Source: Thermomicrobiales bacterium (GTDB taxonomy: Bacteria; Chloroflexota; Chloroflexia; Thermomicrobiales; UBA6265). Taken from it: a DNA stretch of 64,000 nt. The stretch spans positions 23,503 to 87,502 of the forward strand of contig JASGJI010000003.1 in assembly GCA_049840815.1 (NCBI GenBank), in the 5' to 3' direction. Shown piece after piece: positions 31,641 through 41,855 of the stretch (the stretch's first letter is position 1; each line of letters opens with the position of its first letter). A model generated the notes under the pieces. It was not told the DNA's origin and did no database searches. It saw only the letters and a list, made by a program, of their open reading frames with translations. A program made the position numbers and the translations under genes.

Positions 31641-31678
31641 GAAGGAGACCTCCGGCATTCGTACCGAAGGTCTCCTTC
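31641..31678 (-). terminator. Terminator-like hairpin
   Basis: GAAGGAGACCT...AGGTCTCCTTC after the stop at 31694. Confidence 0.6.
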
Positions 31679-31693
31679 GTTGCCGTTGCGCGA

Positions 31694-32515
31694 TCAGGCG
31701 GGAATGACCTCTGGCGCGAAGACGTCCGTCACGATCGCCCATTCGCGGTCGAGGCCGGCCCACTCGTCGGCGGAGGGGCCATCGTAGATCAGCGCGAGCG
31801 GGCCGCTGAACCCGGCATCCTGCAACACGGCGAGTGATGCCCGGAAGTCGGCCTCGTTCGGCCCATCCGCCGTGAAATGGCACTTCGCGTGGCAGGTCTC
31901 CGCATGCGGCGCGAGCACGGCGAGATCGTCGTACTTGGCGGGGCCGGTCCAGTTGCCGAGATCGATCAGGAGGCCGACCCCATCGCCGGCGGCGTCGAGC
32001 ACTGCCAGCACGGAGGCCGCATCCGGCGTCATCTCCAGCCAGTTCTCCGTTACCACGCGCACGGCGGGGTGTGCCGCCGCCAGCCGGGCGAGCCGTTCAC
32101 CACTTGCCGTCAGCAACTCCGGCGTCGGGGCAGACCGGCCCGCGCCGATCCGCGCGCGCTGCGCTCCCAGCGCCTCTGCGACATCCAGCCACTCGCCGCA
32201 CCACGCCTCGTGCGCGTCGGCATCCGGCGCGGTGAGGTCGCCATCGTCGATAAGGAAGGTGTCCAGGGTGATGCCGTGGGTCGCCAGAGCCTCCCGGACG
32301 GCGGCGAGGTAGGCGGCATCGCGTGAGGCGAGGTGGAAGTGGCAGAGGTGGAGGGTGTCATACCCGTGGGCGGCGAGTTCGGCGGGGAGATCGAGCAGGG
32401 CAATGCCCTCGGTGGCGGGAAGATCCTTGGTGCGCCCGCCGGTGACGGACGAATCGGGGGCGATGAAGTTGCCGAGCGTGCGGTGCAGCGACCAGGTGGA
32501 AACGGCGCGTGACAT
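31694..32515 (-). CDS. Sugar phosphate isomerase/epimerase (xylose isomerase-like TIM barrel)
   Basis: AVSTWSLH, VTENW, LIDLGNW, CHAK, GFSGPLALIY. Confidence 0.85.
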   Translation of the reverse strand: MSRAVSTWSLHRTLGNFIAPDSSVTGGRTKDLPATEGIALLDLPAELAAHGYDTLHLCHFHLASRDAAYLAAVREALATHGITLDTFLIDDGDLTAPDADAHEAWCGEWLDVAEALGAQRARIGAGRSAPTPELLTASGERLARLAAAHPAVRVVTENWLEMTPDAASVLAVLDAAGDGVGLLIDLGNWTGPAKYDDLAVLAPHAETCHAKCHFTADGPNEADFRASLAVLQDAGFSGPLALIYDGPSADEWAGLDREWAIVTDVFAPEVIPA

Positions 32516-32605
32516 GGGGCGTCCTTTCGGGCAAGACGGAAGTGTGTCTGCTCACGGTAGGACAGAAGCGACCTCCCGGCAACTCCCCCGCAACGGGCCG
32601 GGAGA

Positions 32606-33370
32606 TCAGGCCCCCTCGTCCGCGCGCGACGAGCGGTACGCCTCGACGCCCTCCAGCATTTCCCGCATGTGATCGCCCATCAGCCGAGCGGCATCATCCA
32701 CCCGGCGTTCCCGGATCGCCTCGGCGAGCCCGAGGTGTTGCGAGACCTGATGGTGCGCCGATCCGGCATCCAGCGTGATCCGTTCCAGCAACCGCTCCAG
32801 CGGATCGAGCGAGTCGTCGAGCAACATCAACCCGACTGCCGCGAGGATGCGGCTGTGGGAGGCCTGAACCACCAGCCGGTGAAAGGACATCGAGGGTTCC
32901 GCCGTGCCATGCGGCAGATCGCGTTCGTGGACGTGGGTATGCGCATTGGCGACGATGGATGCCAGTTCCGCGTCGCTCCCGCGGGCCGCGGCAAGCTGGG
33001 CCGCCTCGGTTTCGACCAGCATGCGCATCCGCAGCAGATCGATGAGATCGTCGAGATCCGTGGCGCGCACGGCATCCCAGATCCGTTCGTCGTGATCGGT
33101 GCGCCGTTCGCGTTCGTCCAACTTGCGGAGCAACGCCAGCCCGGCGGCGGTAAGCCGTCGTCCCTGCTTGACGCCCCGCTGCTCGGTGAGGCCTCGTTCG
33201 TCGAGCGATCGCAGGAGCCGCCCCGCCGTCGCATCCCCCTTCACCAGCCCCTGCTCGCGCCAGGCCCGCGCCAGGCGCGCCGCTCCGACTGGCATCTCCG
33301 ATGCTTCCAGCAATCGCAGTGCGATGTGCTCCTCGCGCTGGCCCTGGTGCTCCCCGGCTGTCTCCGTCAT
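32606..33370 (-). CDS. FCD-domain transcriptional regulator with NrpR/RNase R-type winged helix
   Basis: N-terminal PVGAARLA...LRSLDERGLT...GRRLT; C-terminal R..VETEAA.LAA.R, FH..V..ASH, H..L.EAI..R. Confidence 0.82.
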   Translation of the reverse strand: MTETAGEHQGQREEHIALRLLEASEMPVGAARLARAWREQGLVKGDATAGRLLRSLDERGLTEQRGVKQGRRLTAAGLALLRKLDERERRTDHDERIWDAVRATDLDDLIDLLRMRMLVETEAAQLAAARGSDAELASIVANAHTHVHERDLPHGTAEPSMSFHRLVVQASHSRILAAVGLMLLDDSLDPLERLLERITLDAGSAHHQVSQHLGLAEAIRERRVDDAARLMGDHMREMLEGVEAYRSSRADEGA

Positions 33371-33693
33371 CCAGTCCCGTTCCTCCCGATGGGTAGCGCC
33401 TGAGCAAGATCCAGCCCCCAATAGTGGCTCGACTGCGCATCGCGATGCTTGACATGATCCCAGAGATGCGGGCGATCGGCGATTGGCAGGCCGATGTCGT
33501 CGTTGGCTTGCATCCGGACGGTTTTGGTCTCACGGATAATCGCACCGCCGGACAGGCGACCGACGATGCTGCTGTTTACCGGCACGCTCGAACCGGCATA
33601 GCCTTCTCGATCATACGCAACCGCATCACCGGGCGGCACCCCATAGCAGGGTGCCGCCCGGTGGTTTTTGGATATCCGTATATCCGGAACGTG

Positions 33694-34725
33694 TCAGGCG
33701 GTGACGAGTTCCCCGGCCTCAGCCTCTGCAACGTCAGTGATGGCGACCGGCATGAGCTGGATCGGATTCGACCACGCGCGCTTCCCATCGGCATCGACAA
33801 TCGTCACGCGGGCGAATCCGTGCTTGCGGAACGGCTCCAGCGGGAAGCGGGCCGACGTGATGTCAGCACCTACAGCGCGGAGGCTGATCGCACCATTGCC
33901 GGACACGAGGATACGCTGCACCGGCGAGGTCTCGATCACCAGCTCATCGGCGGCCTCGTCGATGGCGATCCCAGCGAACTCCGGACCCGTGCTGGCATAG
34001 TAGTGACCGGCCTTCAGCGCGGCAACGAGCGCATCGGGATCGAGCGATTCCGCCTCTACCATCACCCAGCCGCCGAACGCCTCCGGATGCGCCTCGCCCG
34101 GCGCGGGAAGCGGCGTCTTCAGGTGGGCATCGTCGGCGGCGTTCGCACTGAGGAAAAAGCCCTGCTCCATCAGCTGGTCGAGCAGGTAAAGGCCGTCGTC
34201 GCGGTCGATCCCGGCATTACAGGAGTGGTTGTAGACCTCGACGGAATGGACGAACGGCGCCACGCGCAGGGCATCCTCCAGCGTCAGGGAGTTCCAGTGC
34301 GGATGCGCAATCGCGACGAACGCCCCGGCCTCGACGGCGCGACGGGCGAGCTCCTCACCGCGCTCCTCCGGCGTCCAGTTCGGGAAGTCGAGCGGCAGGC
34401 CGACCGCCACCAGATGCCAGAGTTCGCCGTTGCCCATGCCGGGGCCGTGGATCTCGGCGCCGAGGATGGTGGTGAAGTCCTCGGTGCGGAGATCGATCGT
34501 GTCGCTGATGGTGATGAAGCTGTCGGCTGGGGCATTCTTGCGGAAGTACGTCTCCGGCAGGAAGTGATCGGTCAGCACAAGGAAGTCGTAGCCACGTTCG
34601 CGGTAGGCGTCGATCACCTCGTCCGGCGTCAGGTTGCCATCGGAACGAGTGGAATGGGTGTGCAGGTTGCCTTTGAAGAAGCGCCCTGGCTGGGCGAACG
34701 GCAGGGCATCGGGGGTGAGGGACAT
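33694..34725 (-). CDS. PHP-domain metallohydrolase (CehA/McbA-like)
   Basis: KGNLHTHSTRSDG, LTDHF, AHPHW, EVYN, DDAH, YYASTGP, AWSNP. Confidence 0.88.
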   Translation of the reverse strand: MSLTPDALPFAQPGRFFKGNLHTHSTRSDGNLTPDEVIDAYRERGYDFLVLTDHFLPETYFRKNAPADSFITISDTIDLRTEDFTTILGAEIHGPGMGNGELWHLVAVGLPLDFPNWTPEERGEELARRAVEAGAFVAIAHPHWNSLTLEDALRVAPFVHSVEVYNHSCNAGIDRDDGLYLLDQLMEQGFFLSANAADDAHLKTPLPAPGEAHPEAFGGWVMVEAESLDPDALVAALKAGHYYASTGPEFAGIAIDEAADELVIETSPVQRILVSGNGAISLRAVGADITSARFPLEPFRKHGFARVTIVDADGKRAWSNPIQLMPVAITDVAEAEAGELVTA

Positions 34726-35083
34726 CGTGAGGAATCTCCGGAGCGCAGAATCGGAGGACAGGTGGGCACGAAGCCACGATGTCAGGCTACCGGCCTCGAT
34801 GGGGTCCCTGATGAACGAACCATGAAGGCCTCACGCACGTCTGTGCACGCAATTCCGCACAACCGTAATTCCAGATTGCGTATGCGGTGCGACCAGCGAT
34901 CGCGTTCGAGCGGGAGCATCCCGAGCAGTATTGTTCAATACTTCCCCTTGTATACTTGCTCCCGATTCGGGTAGATTTAGGAAGCAGGCTCACGGAGTTG
35001 TGCATTCTGCACGGCGCACCGCGCCGTCTTGGGGTCTTTGTGACGTCCAGGTTCCTGTGTCCCATATGAAAGGACCGCTTGAA

Positions 35084-36946
35084 ATGAGTCAGCCGTTGCG
35101 CCTCGGAACCCTCGTGAGTGACCTCCGTGCCGGGAATCTCTCCCGCCGCCAGTTCATGCAAGGCGCTGCCGCGCTCGGCGTCAGCACCGCCGCTGCCTCC
35201 CTCATCGCCACCAACACGCTCGCCCAGAGCGCCACGCCCGAAGCCTCCCCCGCGGCATCTCCGGCGGCCGATGTCTTTCCGGACGCTGGCACCGAGGGCC
35301 AGACGCGCGGCGCCGGTGGCGATCTGCGCATCATCCAGTCGCAGGCCCCGACCGTCCTTGCGACGCACAGCTCCACGGGCAGCAAGGATGTCTACGCGGG
35401 CAACCTCGTGCTCGAGCCGCTGATGATTTACCTGGCCGATGGCTCGCTGGGTGCGCAATTGCTGGAGAGCGTCCCGACCGTCGAGGCGGGTACATTGAAG
35501 GACGATCTCTCCGGTGTCACCCTCGTGCTCAAGGAAGGTCTCGTCTGGAGCGACGGCACGCCGGTCACCTCCAAGGACATCGACTTCACCTGGAAGTGGG
35601 TGACGACGCCGGAGAACTCCTCCGTCAACATCGATTCCTGGAGTGTCATCAAGGGCATCGAACTGCCGGATGATCGCACCGCGGTTGTCACCTTCACGGC
35701 ACCTCAGGTCGCCTGGTTCGAGACCTTCACCGCCGCCGAGTACGGCGTGATCTACCCCTCGCACGTCTTCAACGACGACCCGAGCAACAAGAACGACGAC
35801 TTCCTCGTCAACCCGATCGGCACCGGTCCGTTCACGGTCGAATCGTTCTCCCCGAACGATCAGGCCGTCTTCGTCGCCAATGAGAACTACCGCGAGGCGA
35901 ACAAGCCGTTCTTCTCCCGCGTGGTCTTCAAGGGTGGCGGCGATGCCGTCTCCGCTGGCCGCGCCGTGGTGCAGACCGGCGAGTACGACTATGCGTGGAA
36001 TGTGCAGGCCGAGCCGGCCATCATTCAGGACATGATCGCCAACGCCACCACCGGCAAGATCCTGGAGAGCGGCGGCACGACCGTCGAGGCGATTTACGTC
36101 AACTTCTCCGATCCGAACAAGGAGGTGGACGGCCAGCGCTCCGAGGGCAACACCCCGAATCCGGTGCTGACCGACCTCGCGGTGCGGCAGGCGATCCAGG
36201 TCGCCATCCAGCGCGACCTGATCGCGGGCGAGTTCTACGGCGTGCCGGACAATGCTTCCGCCAATATCCTCGCGGGCAATCCGTTCTTCGCCTCCCCGAA
36301 CACCAGTTGGGAGTTCAACACCGACAAGGCCAACCAGATCCTCGACGAGGGCGGTTGGGCGAAGGATGGCGATACCCGCAAGAAGGATGGCGTGGAGTTG
36401 AAGGTCTCCTACGCTGCCCCGATCAACCAGGTGCGCCAGAAGACGCAGGCCGTGGTGAAGAAGAACCTCGAAGCGGCGGGCATCAAGGTCGAATTGGTGG
36501 AAGTCGATACCTCGATCTTCTTCGATTCCTCCGCTGGCAACGAGCAGAACAACCAGCACTTCTATTGGGATCTCGCGATGTGGTCGTCCGGCCCGAGCAG
36601 CAGCATCCCGGTGAAGTTCGTCAACAAGTGGTACGCCGACGGCGGCAAGAACTTCGCGCAGAAGGCCAACAGCTGGCAGGGGCGAAACGTCCAGCGATGG
36701 AACGACGCCGACTTCGACAAGCTCTACAACGAGCTGGTCGCTGCCCGGACGCTGGAGGACGCCGCGCGCCTCCTGATCGCGATGAACGACCACATCATCG
36801 AACAGGCGGCCGTCTTCCCGCTGGTGCTGCGCGTCTTCTACAACGCGGCGAGCAATCGCCTGCGTGAGGAGAACATCGGCAGCGAGAACCCGAACGCGAC
36901 GCCGTACTGGAACATCGCGAATTGGAACCTCGCCGACGGGCAGTAG
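35084..36946 (+). CDS. Family-5 ABC substrate-binding protein, Tat-exported
   Basis: SRRQFM Tat motif, WSDG, PIGTGPF, WNIANW. Confidence 0.93.
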   Translation: MSQPLRLGTLVSDLRAGNLSRRQFMQGAAALGVSTAAASLIATNTLAQSATPEASPAASPAADVFPDAGTEGQTRGAGGDLRIIQSQAPTVLATHSSTGSKDVYAGNLVLEPLMIYLADGSLGAQLLESVPTVEAGTLKDDLSGVTLVLKEGLVWSDGTPVTSKDIDFTWKWVTTPENSSVNIDSWSVIKGIELPDDRTAVVTFTAPQVAWFETFTAAEYGVIYPSHVFNDDPSNKNDDFLVNPIGTGPFTVESFSPNDQAVFVANENYREANKPFFSRVVFKGGGDAVSAGRAVVQTGEYDYAWNVQAEPAIIQDMIANATTGKILESGGTTVEAIYVNFSDPNKEVDGQRSEGNTPNPVLTDLAVRQAIQVAIQRDLIAGEFYGVPDNASANILAGNPFFASPNTSWEFNTDKANQILDEGGWAKDGDTRKKDGVELKVSYAAPINQVRQKTQAVVKKNLEAAGIKVELVEVDTSIFFDSSAGNEQNNQHFYWDLAMWSSGPSSSIPVKFVNKWYADGGKNFAQKANSWQGRNVQRWNDADFDKLYNELVAARTLEDAARLLIAMNDHIIEQAAVFPLVLRVFYNAASNRLREENIGSENPNATPYWNIANWNLADGQ

Positions 36947-36975
36947 CCACATCTGCGTCCATCCGGTCGCACACC

Positions 36976-37014
36976 ACAACGCCGCATGCAGGACACTCCT
37001 GCATGCGGCGTTGT
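36976..37014 (+). terminator. Terminator-like hairpin
   Basis: ACAACGCCGCATGCAGGA-CAC-TCCTGCATGCGGCGTTGT perfect 18-bp stem. Confidence 0.7.
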
Positions 37015-37089
37015 CGCATTCCCGTGTGCGAAGATGCGCGAATGGGCCTCGCCCGCCGATCTGCCGCATCCTCCGGAGCACCCTTCCCT

Positions 37090-37971
37090 ATGACCTCCGT
37101 CGACCTCACCGCCCGGATTGATGCGCTGATTGCGGCCATCGCCGCCCGCGACATCCGCCCGGCCCCGTTCACCCCCGGCGAAGCGCCCTTCTGGAACGAC
37201 CCGTGGATCTCCCGCCAGCTGCTGGCTGCCCATCTCGACGACACGGTGGAGGCCGAGAGCCGTCCGCTGGAGACGATGCAGGAGAGCGTGGCGGTCTTTG
37301 TCGGGAAGGGGTTGTTGCAGCCTGGAATGCGCGTGCTCGATCTCGGGTGCGGACCGGGACGCTTCGCCGAGCTGCTCCATGCGGCGGGCGGAGTCGTCAC
37401 CGGGATCGACCTCAGCCCCGGCTCGATCGCCTATGCGCGGGCACGCACGGCGGAGACGGGGCAGGAGATCACCTACCGCGTGCAGGACTTCCTGACACTG
37501 GACGAACCGGACGGCTACGACCTGATCCTCCAGGCGTTCGGCGAGATCTCCACCTTCGATGCCGCCACTCGGGGTGACCTGCTCGGGCGTATCCGGGAGG
37601 CGCTGACGCCGGATGGCGTCTTCATCTGCGACCTGAGCACCCCGCTCGCCCACATGCCGGACGACGAGATGCCTGCGCGGGAATGGGCGGCGAGTGAGGA
37701 GGGATTGTGGCGGCCGCATCCGCACCTCGTGTTGACCGAGCACCTGGCCTACGACGGGGACATCGCCTGCGATCAGTATCTGGTGGCGGACCGCGACGGA
37801 GTGGTGGCGTACCGGATGTGGTACCAGGACTTCACGCTGGAGACGATTCGTCCGGTCTTCGCGGCGGCTGGCCTGCGCATCGAGGCGATGTGGGACGGGT
37901 TCACGGGCTATCCGTACCAGGCGGGGCCGTGGCTGGGCATCGTCGCCCGCCGCGATGACGCTGTCTCCTGA
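37090..37971 (+). CDS. Class I SAM-dependent methyltransferase
   Basis: VLDLGCGPG, GIDLS, QDF; N-terminal FWNDPWIS..LL.AH. Confidence 0.9.
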   Translation: MTSVDLTARIDALIAAIAARDIRPAPFTPGEAPFWNDPWISRQLLAAHLDDTVEAESRPLETMQESVAVFVGKGLLQPGMRVLDLGCGPGRFAELLHAAGGVVTGIDLSPGSIAYARARTAETGQEITYRVQDFLTLDEPDGYDLILQAFGEISTFDAATRGDLLGRIREALTPDGVFICDLSTPLAHMPDDEMPAREWAASEEGLWRPHPHLVLTEHLAYDGDIACDQYLVADRDGVVAYRMWYQDFTLETIRPVFAAAGLRIEAMWDGFTGYPYQAGPWLGIVARRDDAVS

Positions 37972-37979
37972 GTTTACGA

Positions 37980-38492
37980 ATGGCTAATCACACCCAACCA
38001 TCGCCTCTCAGTGACGAGACCCATCCGCTCTACCCCTCCATCGTAAGAGGTCCGAACGGTTTCTGGGGTGAGGATGTAACTTCCATCGATTATTGGGAGG
38101 TGCCAGAGGAGCGCCGTATTGTTCCCGGTGACATCGCAGAGATCATGGAAACCCAATCGCCTGTGGCACGGGTCGATGGCGATACGGCCCGCAAGCAACC
38201 GAGAAAGCACCGGACAGAACTCGCCGAGTGGATCGCGTTCGATTTCGTGATCCAGCATTGGGGATGGTGGAGGAAGCAGGAGCCCGGGGAGTCGCGAACA
38301 TCAGCATACGAGCGCTGGCAGTTCATTAGCTTCATTGTCGATCCCGAGACGGGAGAAGAATGGCCGCTCAATACGGTGCTCGAAAAGATGCCCGATGCAA
38401 CGATTCGGATCGTCACATCGCATCGAAGAAAACCGTCGTTTGCGAGAATAGTTAGGGAATCAGGGAAGTACGCCCAGCGAATGGAGGAATGA
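37980..38492 (+). CDS. Hypothetical protein with atypical codon usage
   Basis: 170-aa ORF with globular composition filling the gap; more A/T-rich than its neighbours. Confidence 0.55.
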   Translation: MANHTQPSPLSDETHPLYPSIVRGPNGFWGEDVTSIDYWEVPEERRIVPGDIAEIMETQSPVARVDGDTARKQPRKHRTELAEWIAFDFVIQHWGWWRKQEPGESRTSAYERWQFISFIVDPETGEEWPLNTVLEKMPDATIRIVTSHRRKPSFARIVRESGKYAQRMEE

Positions 38493-38620
38493 GGCGCTCC
38501 CGGTCCGGCGATTCCGGGCTCTCCCACTCGTGGTGTGGGCACCAGTCTCCCACCAAGCACCTCATTGCTCATCTCGATTTTACCAGCCGCGTCAATTGGA
38601 ACAACACGGGAGGATGAACG

Positions 38621-38836
38621 ATGCCGAACCAGACGAGCGATACCGATGGACGCAGCCTGTGGTGGATGATCCCGTCAGCCATCGCAGGCGTCCTCGGCAT
38701 CGCGGGTGCGACGATCGTGCGCCAACGACGACGGCAGGAGGACCCGGGCACGGTCGCCCACGAGGAGGCATCTCCCGCGCCTCCCCCGTTGGCCGACCTG
38801 CCTGAGGCCCCTGCGGTCAACGCACCGAAGCGCTAG
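38621..38836 (+). CDS. Small single-TM membrane protein
   Basis: GGAGG RBS; hydrophobic helix followed by RQRRR. Confidence 0.55.
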   Translation: MPNQTSDTDGRSLWWMIPSAIAGVLGIAGATIVRQRRRQEDPGTVAHEEASPAPPPLADLPEAPAVNAPKR

Positions 38837-39249
38837 CCCTCGGACGCCTTCGCACGGGGCGGCAGCTCGCCATCCAACCCGTATTCGTAGACGTGCGTCG
38901 GGGTGATGCGGATGATCGCCTTCGAGGGTTGCCTCGGCCGGCGGTCAGGATCGGGGTCGGGGATCTGCTCGGCGGTGCCGCGCACCTCGACGAAACGCAC
39001 GCGCCACGGGTTCGCCTCGAAGTCGTCCACCACGAACGCGACGCGCGGGTTTCGCGCGACATTCCGCCACTTCCGCGTGGACTCGTTCGCGAATCCTGGA
39101 ATGTCGATCGTGCCATCGGCATTCAGGCGAAAGCCGACCGGGTTGTTCTGGGGCGCGCCGTCTGCATCGACAGTCGCCAGCCGCCCGAGCCGCTGGGTTT
39201 TCAGATACTCGATCTGCCGCGCCGTGAGGGAATCGCTTGCCGCTGCCAT
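38833..39249 (-). CDS. PPOX-class (probably F420-dependent) oxidoreductase
   Basis: YLKTQRLGRLATV, PQNNPVGF, KWRNVARNPRVAFVVDD; AGGAGG RBS. Confidence 0.85.
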   Translation of the reverse strand: MAAASDSLTARQIEYLKTQRLGRLATVDADGAPQNNPVGFRLNADGTIDIPGFANESTRKWRNVARNPRVAFVVDDFEANPWRVRFVEVRGTAEQIPDPDPDRRPRQPSKAIIRITPTHVYEYGLDGELPPRAKASEG

Positions 39250-39387
39250 CCAGAACCTCCTGATCGGGCGGGCGGGTCGTCCGCCCTGCTCGCGCCATCC
39301 TGCATCCAGACCCGACACATGAAAACCGGGGAGATGGGCAGGACATCCCCACCCCGCTCCCCGGCGGCGTCACCAGAATCGGACGCG

Positions 39388-40167
39388 CTACAACTTCGGC
39401 TTCAGCGGACCGCGATGCACTTTGTACTGCGCGGCCTGCGCCAGCGGACGCACCACCACGAGATCGAGGTTGATCTGTGTCGGCATCTCCAGCATGGAGA
39501 CCATGACCGTCGCGACATCGTTCTCGTCGATCACGTCCTGCACGTTCTCGTAGACCTTGTTCGCCTTCGCCTGATCGCCGGCGAACCGGTTCAGCGAGAA
39601 CTCCGGCGTGTGCACCATGCCCGGCGCGATCTCCATCACGCGGATCGGCTCACCGGCCAGCTCCAAGCGCAGGGTCTCGACGATATCCGTGGTGCCGTGC
39701 TTGGCCGCCGTGTAGCCACCGCCGCCTTCATAGGCGATGTGCCCGGCGGTGGAGGAGACCGTGAGGATGTCGGAGTTCGGCATCGTCAGCGACGCCTCCC
39801 GCAGGAGCGGCAGGATGGCCTTGGTGACGCGGATCATGCCGAGCACATTGGTCTCGTACATATCGCGCCAGGCATCGATCGGGGCGTTCTCCACGAAATC
39901 GGCGCCGATCGCACCTCCGGCGACGTTCACGAGCGCGTTGACCGGGCCGCGCTCCTTCAGGAAGGCCGTGAGCGCGTTCACGTCATCGTCGGACGTGACA
40001 TCGGCGACGAACGTGGTCGCGCCGGTCTCCTCGGCCAGGGCATCGAGCCGGTCCTTGCGGCGGGCGACTCCGACGACATCCCACCCACGCTCCCGGAGCT
40101 GACGGACGGTCGCTCCTCCAATGCCGGAGCTGGCCCCGGTGACGACGGCAGTTCTGGTCTCGGCCAC
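39388..40167 (-). CDS. Short-chain dehydrogenase (YdfG-like NADP-dependent)
   Basis: TGASSGIG, ARR, YTAAK, IAPGMVHTPEFS. Confidence 0.92.
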   Translation of the reverse strand: MAETRTAVVTGASSGIGGATVRQLRERGWDVVGVARRKDRLDALAEETGATTFVADVTSDDDVNALTAFLKERGPVNALVNVAGGAIGADFVENAPIDAWRDMYETNVLGMIRVTKAILPLLREASLTMPNSDILTVSSTAGHIAYEGGGGYTAAKHGTTDIVETLRLELAGEPIRVMEIAPGMVHTPEFSLNRFAGDQAKANKVYENVQDVIDENDVATVMVSMLEMPTQINLDLVVVRPLAQAAQYKVHRGPLKPKL

Positions 40168-40420
40168 AGCGAATCTCCTTTGACGAATGCCGGTGCGGCA
40201 CCTCTCGATCATGTCGTTAGTGTACCCGCGATCTTGCGGGTGCAGGGCGGCAATCGCATCGGCGAGAGCCAACTCACCGTCCAGGCGAATGCCACACATC
40301 CTTGTGGAAGGCCACCGCCGGGCGAGCGTCGCCGAGCCACCGGATGGCGCCATCCGCTCGCTCGACACTGAGCCGATCTGGCGCTGACCGCGAACGGGAG
40401 ACTATCCATACCGAGGGGGC

Positions 40421-40468
40421 GACAAGGAAGGGCGATCCTCGCAGCTGCGAGGATCGCCCTTCCTTGTC
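40421..40468. terminator. 48-bp perfect palindrome, probable terminator
   Basis: GACAAGGAAGGGCGATCCTCGCAG|CTGCGAGGATCGCCCTTCCTTGTC downstream of the SDR stop at 40506. Confidence 0.7.
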
Positions 40469-40505
40469 ATGGTACTGATTGTCCGGCGACCCGTTCCGTG
40501 GCGCG

Positions 40506-41267
40506 CTAGCCGCGTCCGATCCAGGGCATCTTCTCGGCGGAAATGGTGAGCGTGTCGATCGTCGCCCCGCGCGGCATGCTCGCCATCAAGAGTACGGCCC
40601 GCCCGACCTCGTTCACGTCGAAGGTCGGTTCGATGGCAAGCTCACCGTTGGCTTGCATTACGCCGCCGCGCATGCGGGCGGTCATCTCCGTTCCGGCATT
40701 GCCCACGTCGAACTGGCCGCAGGTGATATCCCAGGCGCGGCCATCGAGCGAGATCGATTTCGTGAGGCCGCTGATCGCGTGCTTGGTCGCGGTGTAGGCC
40801 ACGGAGTGCGGGCGCGGGACGTGGGCCGAGATGGAGCCGTTGTTGATGATGCGGCCACCCTGCGGCGTCTGCGCCTTCATCTGGCGGAATGCCGCCGCTG
40901 CGCAAAGGAACGAGCCGGTGAGATTCACCGCCACGACCTCGTTCCACGTCGCGATGTCCGTCTCATCGACCGCGCCGCCACCGCCCATGCCAGCATTGTT
41001 CACCAGCACATCGACCCGGCCCCACGTCGTGACGACCTGGGCAAACAAGGCATCCACCGCGGCGGGATCGGTAATGTCGGTCGGAATGACCAGCGCGGAG
41101 CCAGAGGCCGACGCGGGAACACTTTCCTGAAGGGCATCGGCCCGGCGTCCGGCGAGGGCAACACGGAATCCGGCGTCCAGCAGGGTACGGGCGATGGCGC
41201 GACCGATCCCGGACCCTGCTCCGGTAACGATGGCGACCGATGGCTCCGGAGGCGTGGGGGAAGACAT
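40506..41267 (-). CDS. Short-chain dehydrogenase/reductase
   Basis: [29 protein letters not shown]. Confidence 0.93.
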   Translation of the reverse strand: MSSPTPPEPSVAIVTGAGSGIGRAIARTLLDAGFRVALAGRRADALQESVPASASGSALVIPTDITDPAAVDALFAQVVTTWGRVDVLVNNAGMGGGGAVDETDIATWNEVVAVNLTGSFLCAAAAFRQMKAQTPQGGRIINNGSISAHVPRPHSVAYTATKHAISGLTKSISLDGRAWDITCGQFDVGNAGTEMTARMRGGVMQANGELAIEPTFDVNEVGRAVLLMASMPRGATIDTLTISAEKMPWIGRG

Positions 41268-41391
41268 GGAAGCTCCTGCGCGATGGAGGGCGCTGTGGGT
41301 GCGGTCGAACGCGACGTCCGGTGAGGCGTTGGCGTTCAGTATCGACACCCGTGGCGGATGCGCAAGGGGCGCGCGCGCAGGGTCGCCGGGG

Positions 41392-41532
41392 CTAGAAGAT
41401 GCCCAGCAGCGCGAAGAGCGCGATCCAGATCAGGGCGCCGACGATGGCGGCGACGAGGATGGCGACGAAAGCCCCAGGGCGTTCCGGAGATTCCACAGTG
41501 GCAAACCAATCGGATGACAAGTGTGTGAGCAT
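41392..41532 (-). CDS. 46-aa single-TM small protein (below the ORF-track cutoff)
   Basis: [46 protein letters not shown]; AGAGG RBS 8 nt upstream; G/C-ending codons in the TM part. Confidence 0.65.
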   Translation of the reverse strand: MLTHLSSDWFATVESPERPGAFVAILVAAIVGALIWIALFALLGIF

Positions 41533-41855
41533 GACCGTACCTCTTGGGGGAAACCTTGTGTCGACGGAAGATTACCCCAACAGTGTAGTACTCACTGGCT
41601 ACTATGTCTAGTACCTTGTGGGTATCAATTCGGGTTGATCCCACGGAGGACGAGGGCGGCTTCGTGGATTATGCATGCGCTGGGTGAAAAACGCCCGCGA
41701 GCAAGGGGCATGGAGTCGCCAATCGGCGCCAGTGATGGCCCATTCGGGTGGGCCTGACGTGTTCATGCGCACATGCCATGCCCCCGGCTTTCGCGTGCCG
41801 ATGGGCATGGGTGCATGGTTGCTGGATTGTGGGAACAGGACGGTCCTGGGATGGG

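Noticed and set aside
31527-31693. Cobalamin riboswitch before the siderophore/B12-type SBP
   Set aside because: Short region containing the upstream gene's hairpin; no B12-box motifs
41598-41613. Second NrdR box (CTACTATGTCTAGTAC)
   Set aside because: Mismatch in the conserved core, and it is not upstream of a nucleotide-metabolism gene
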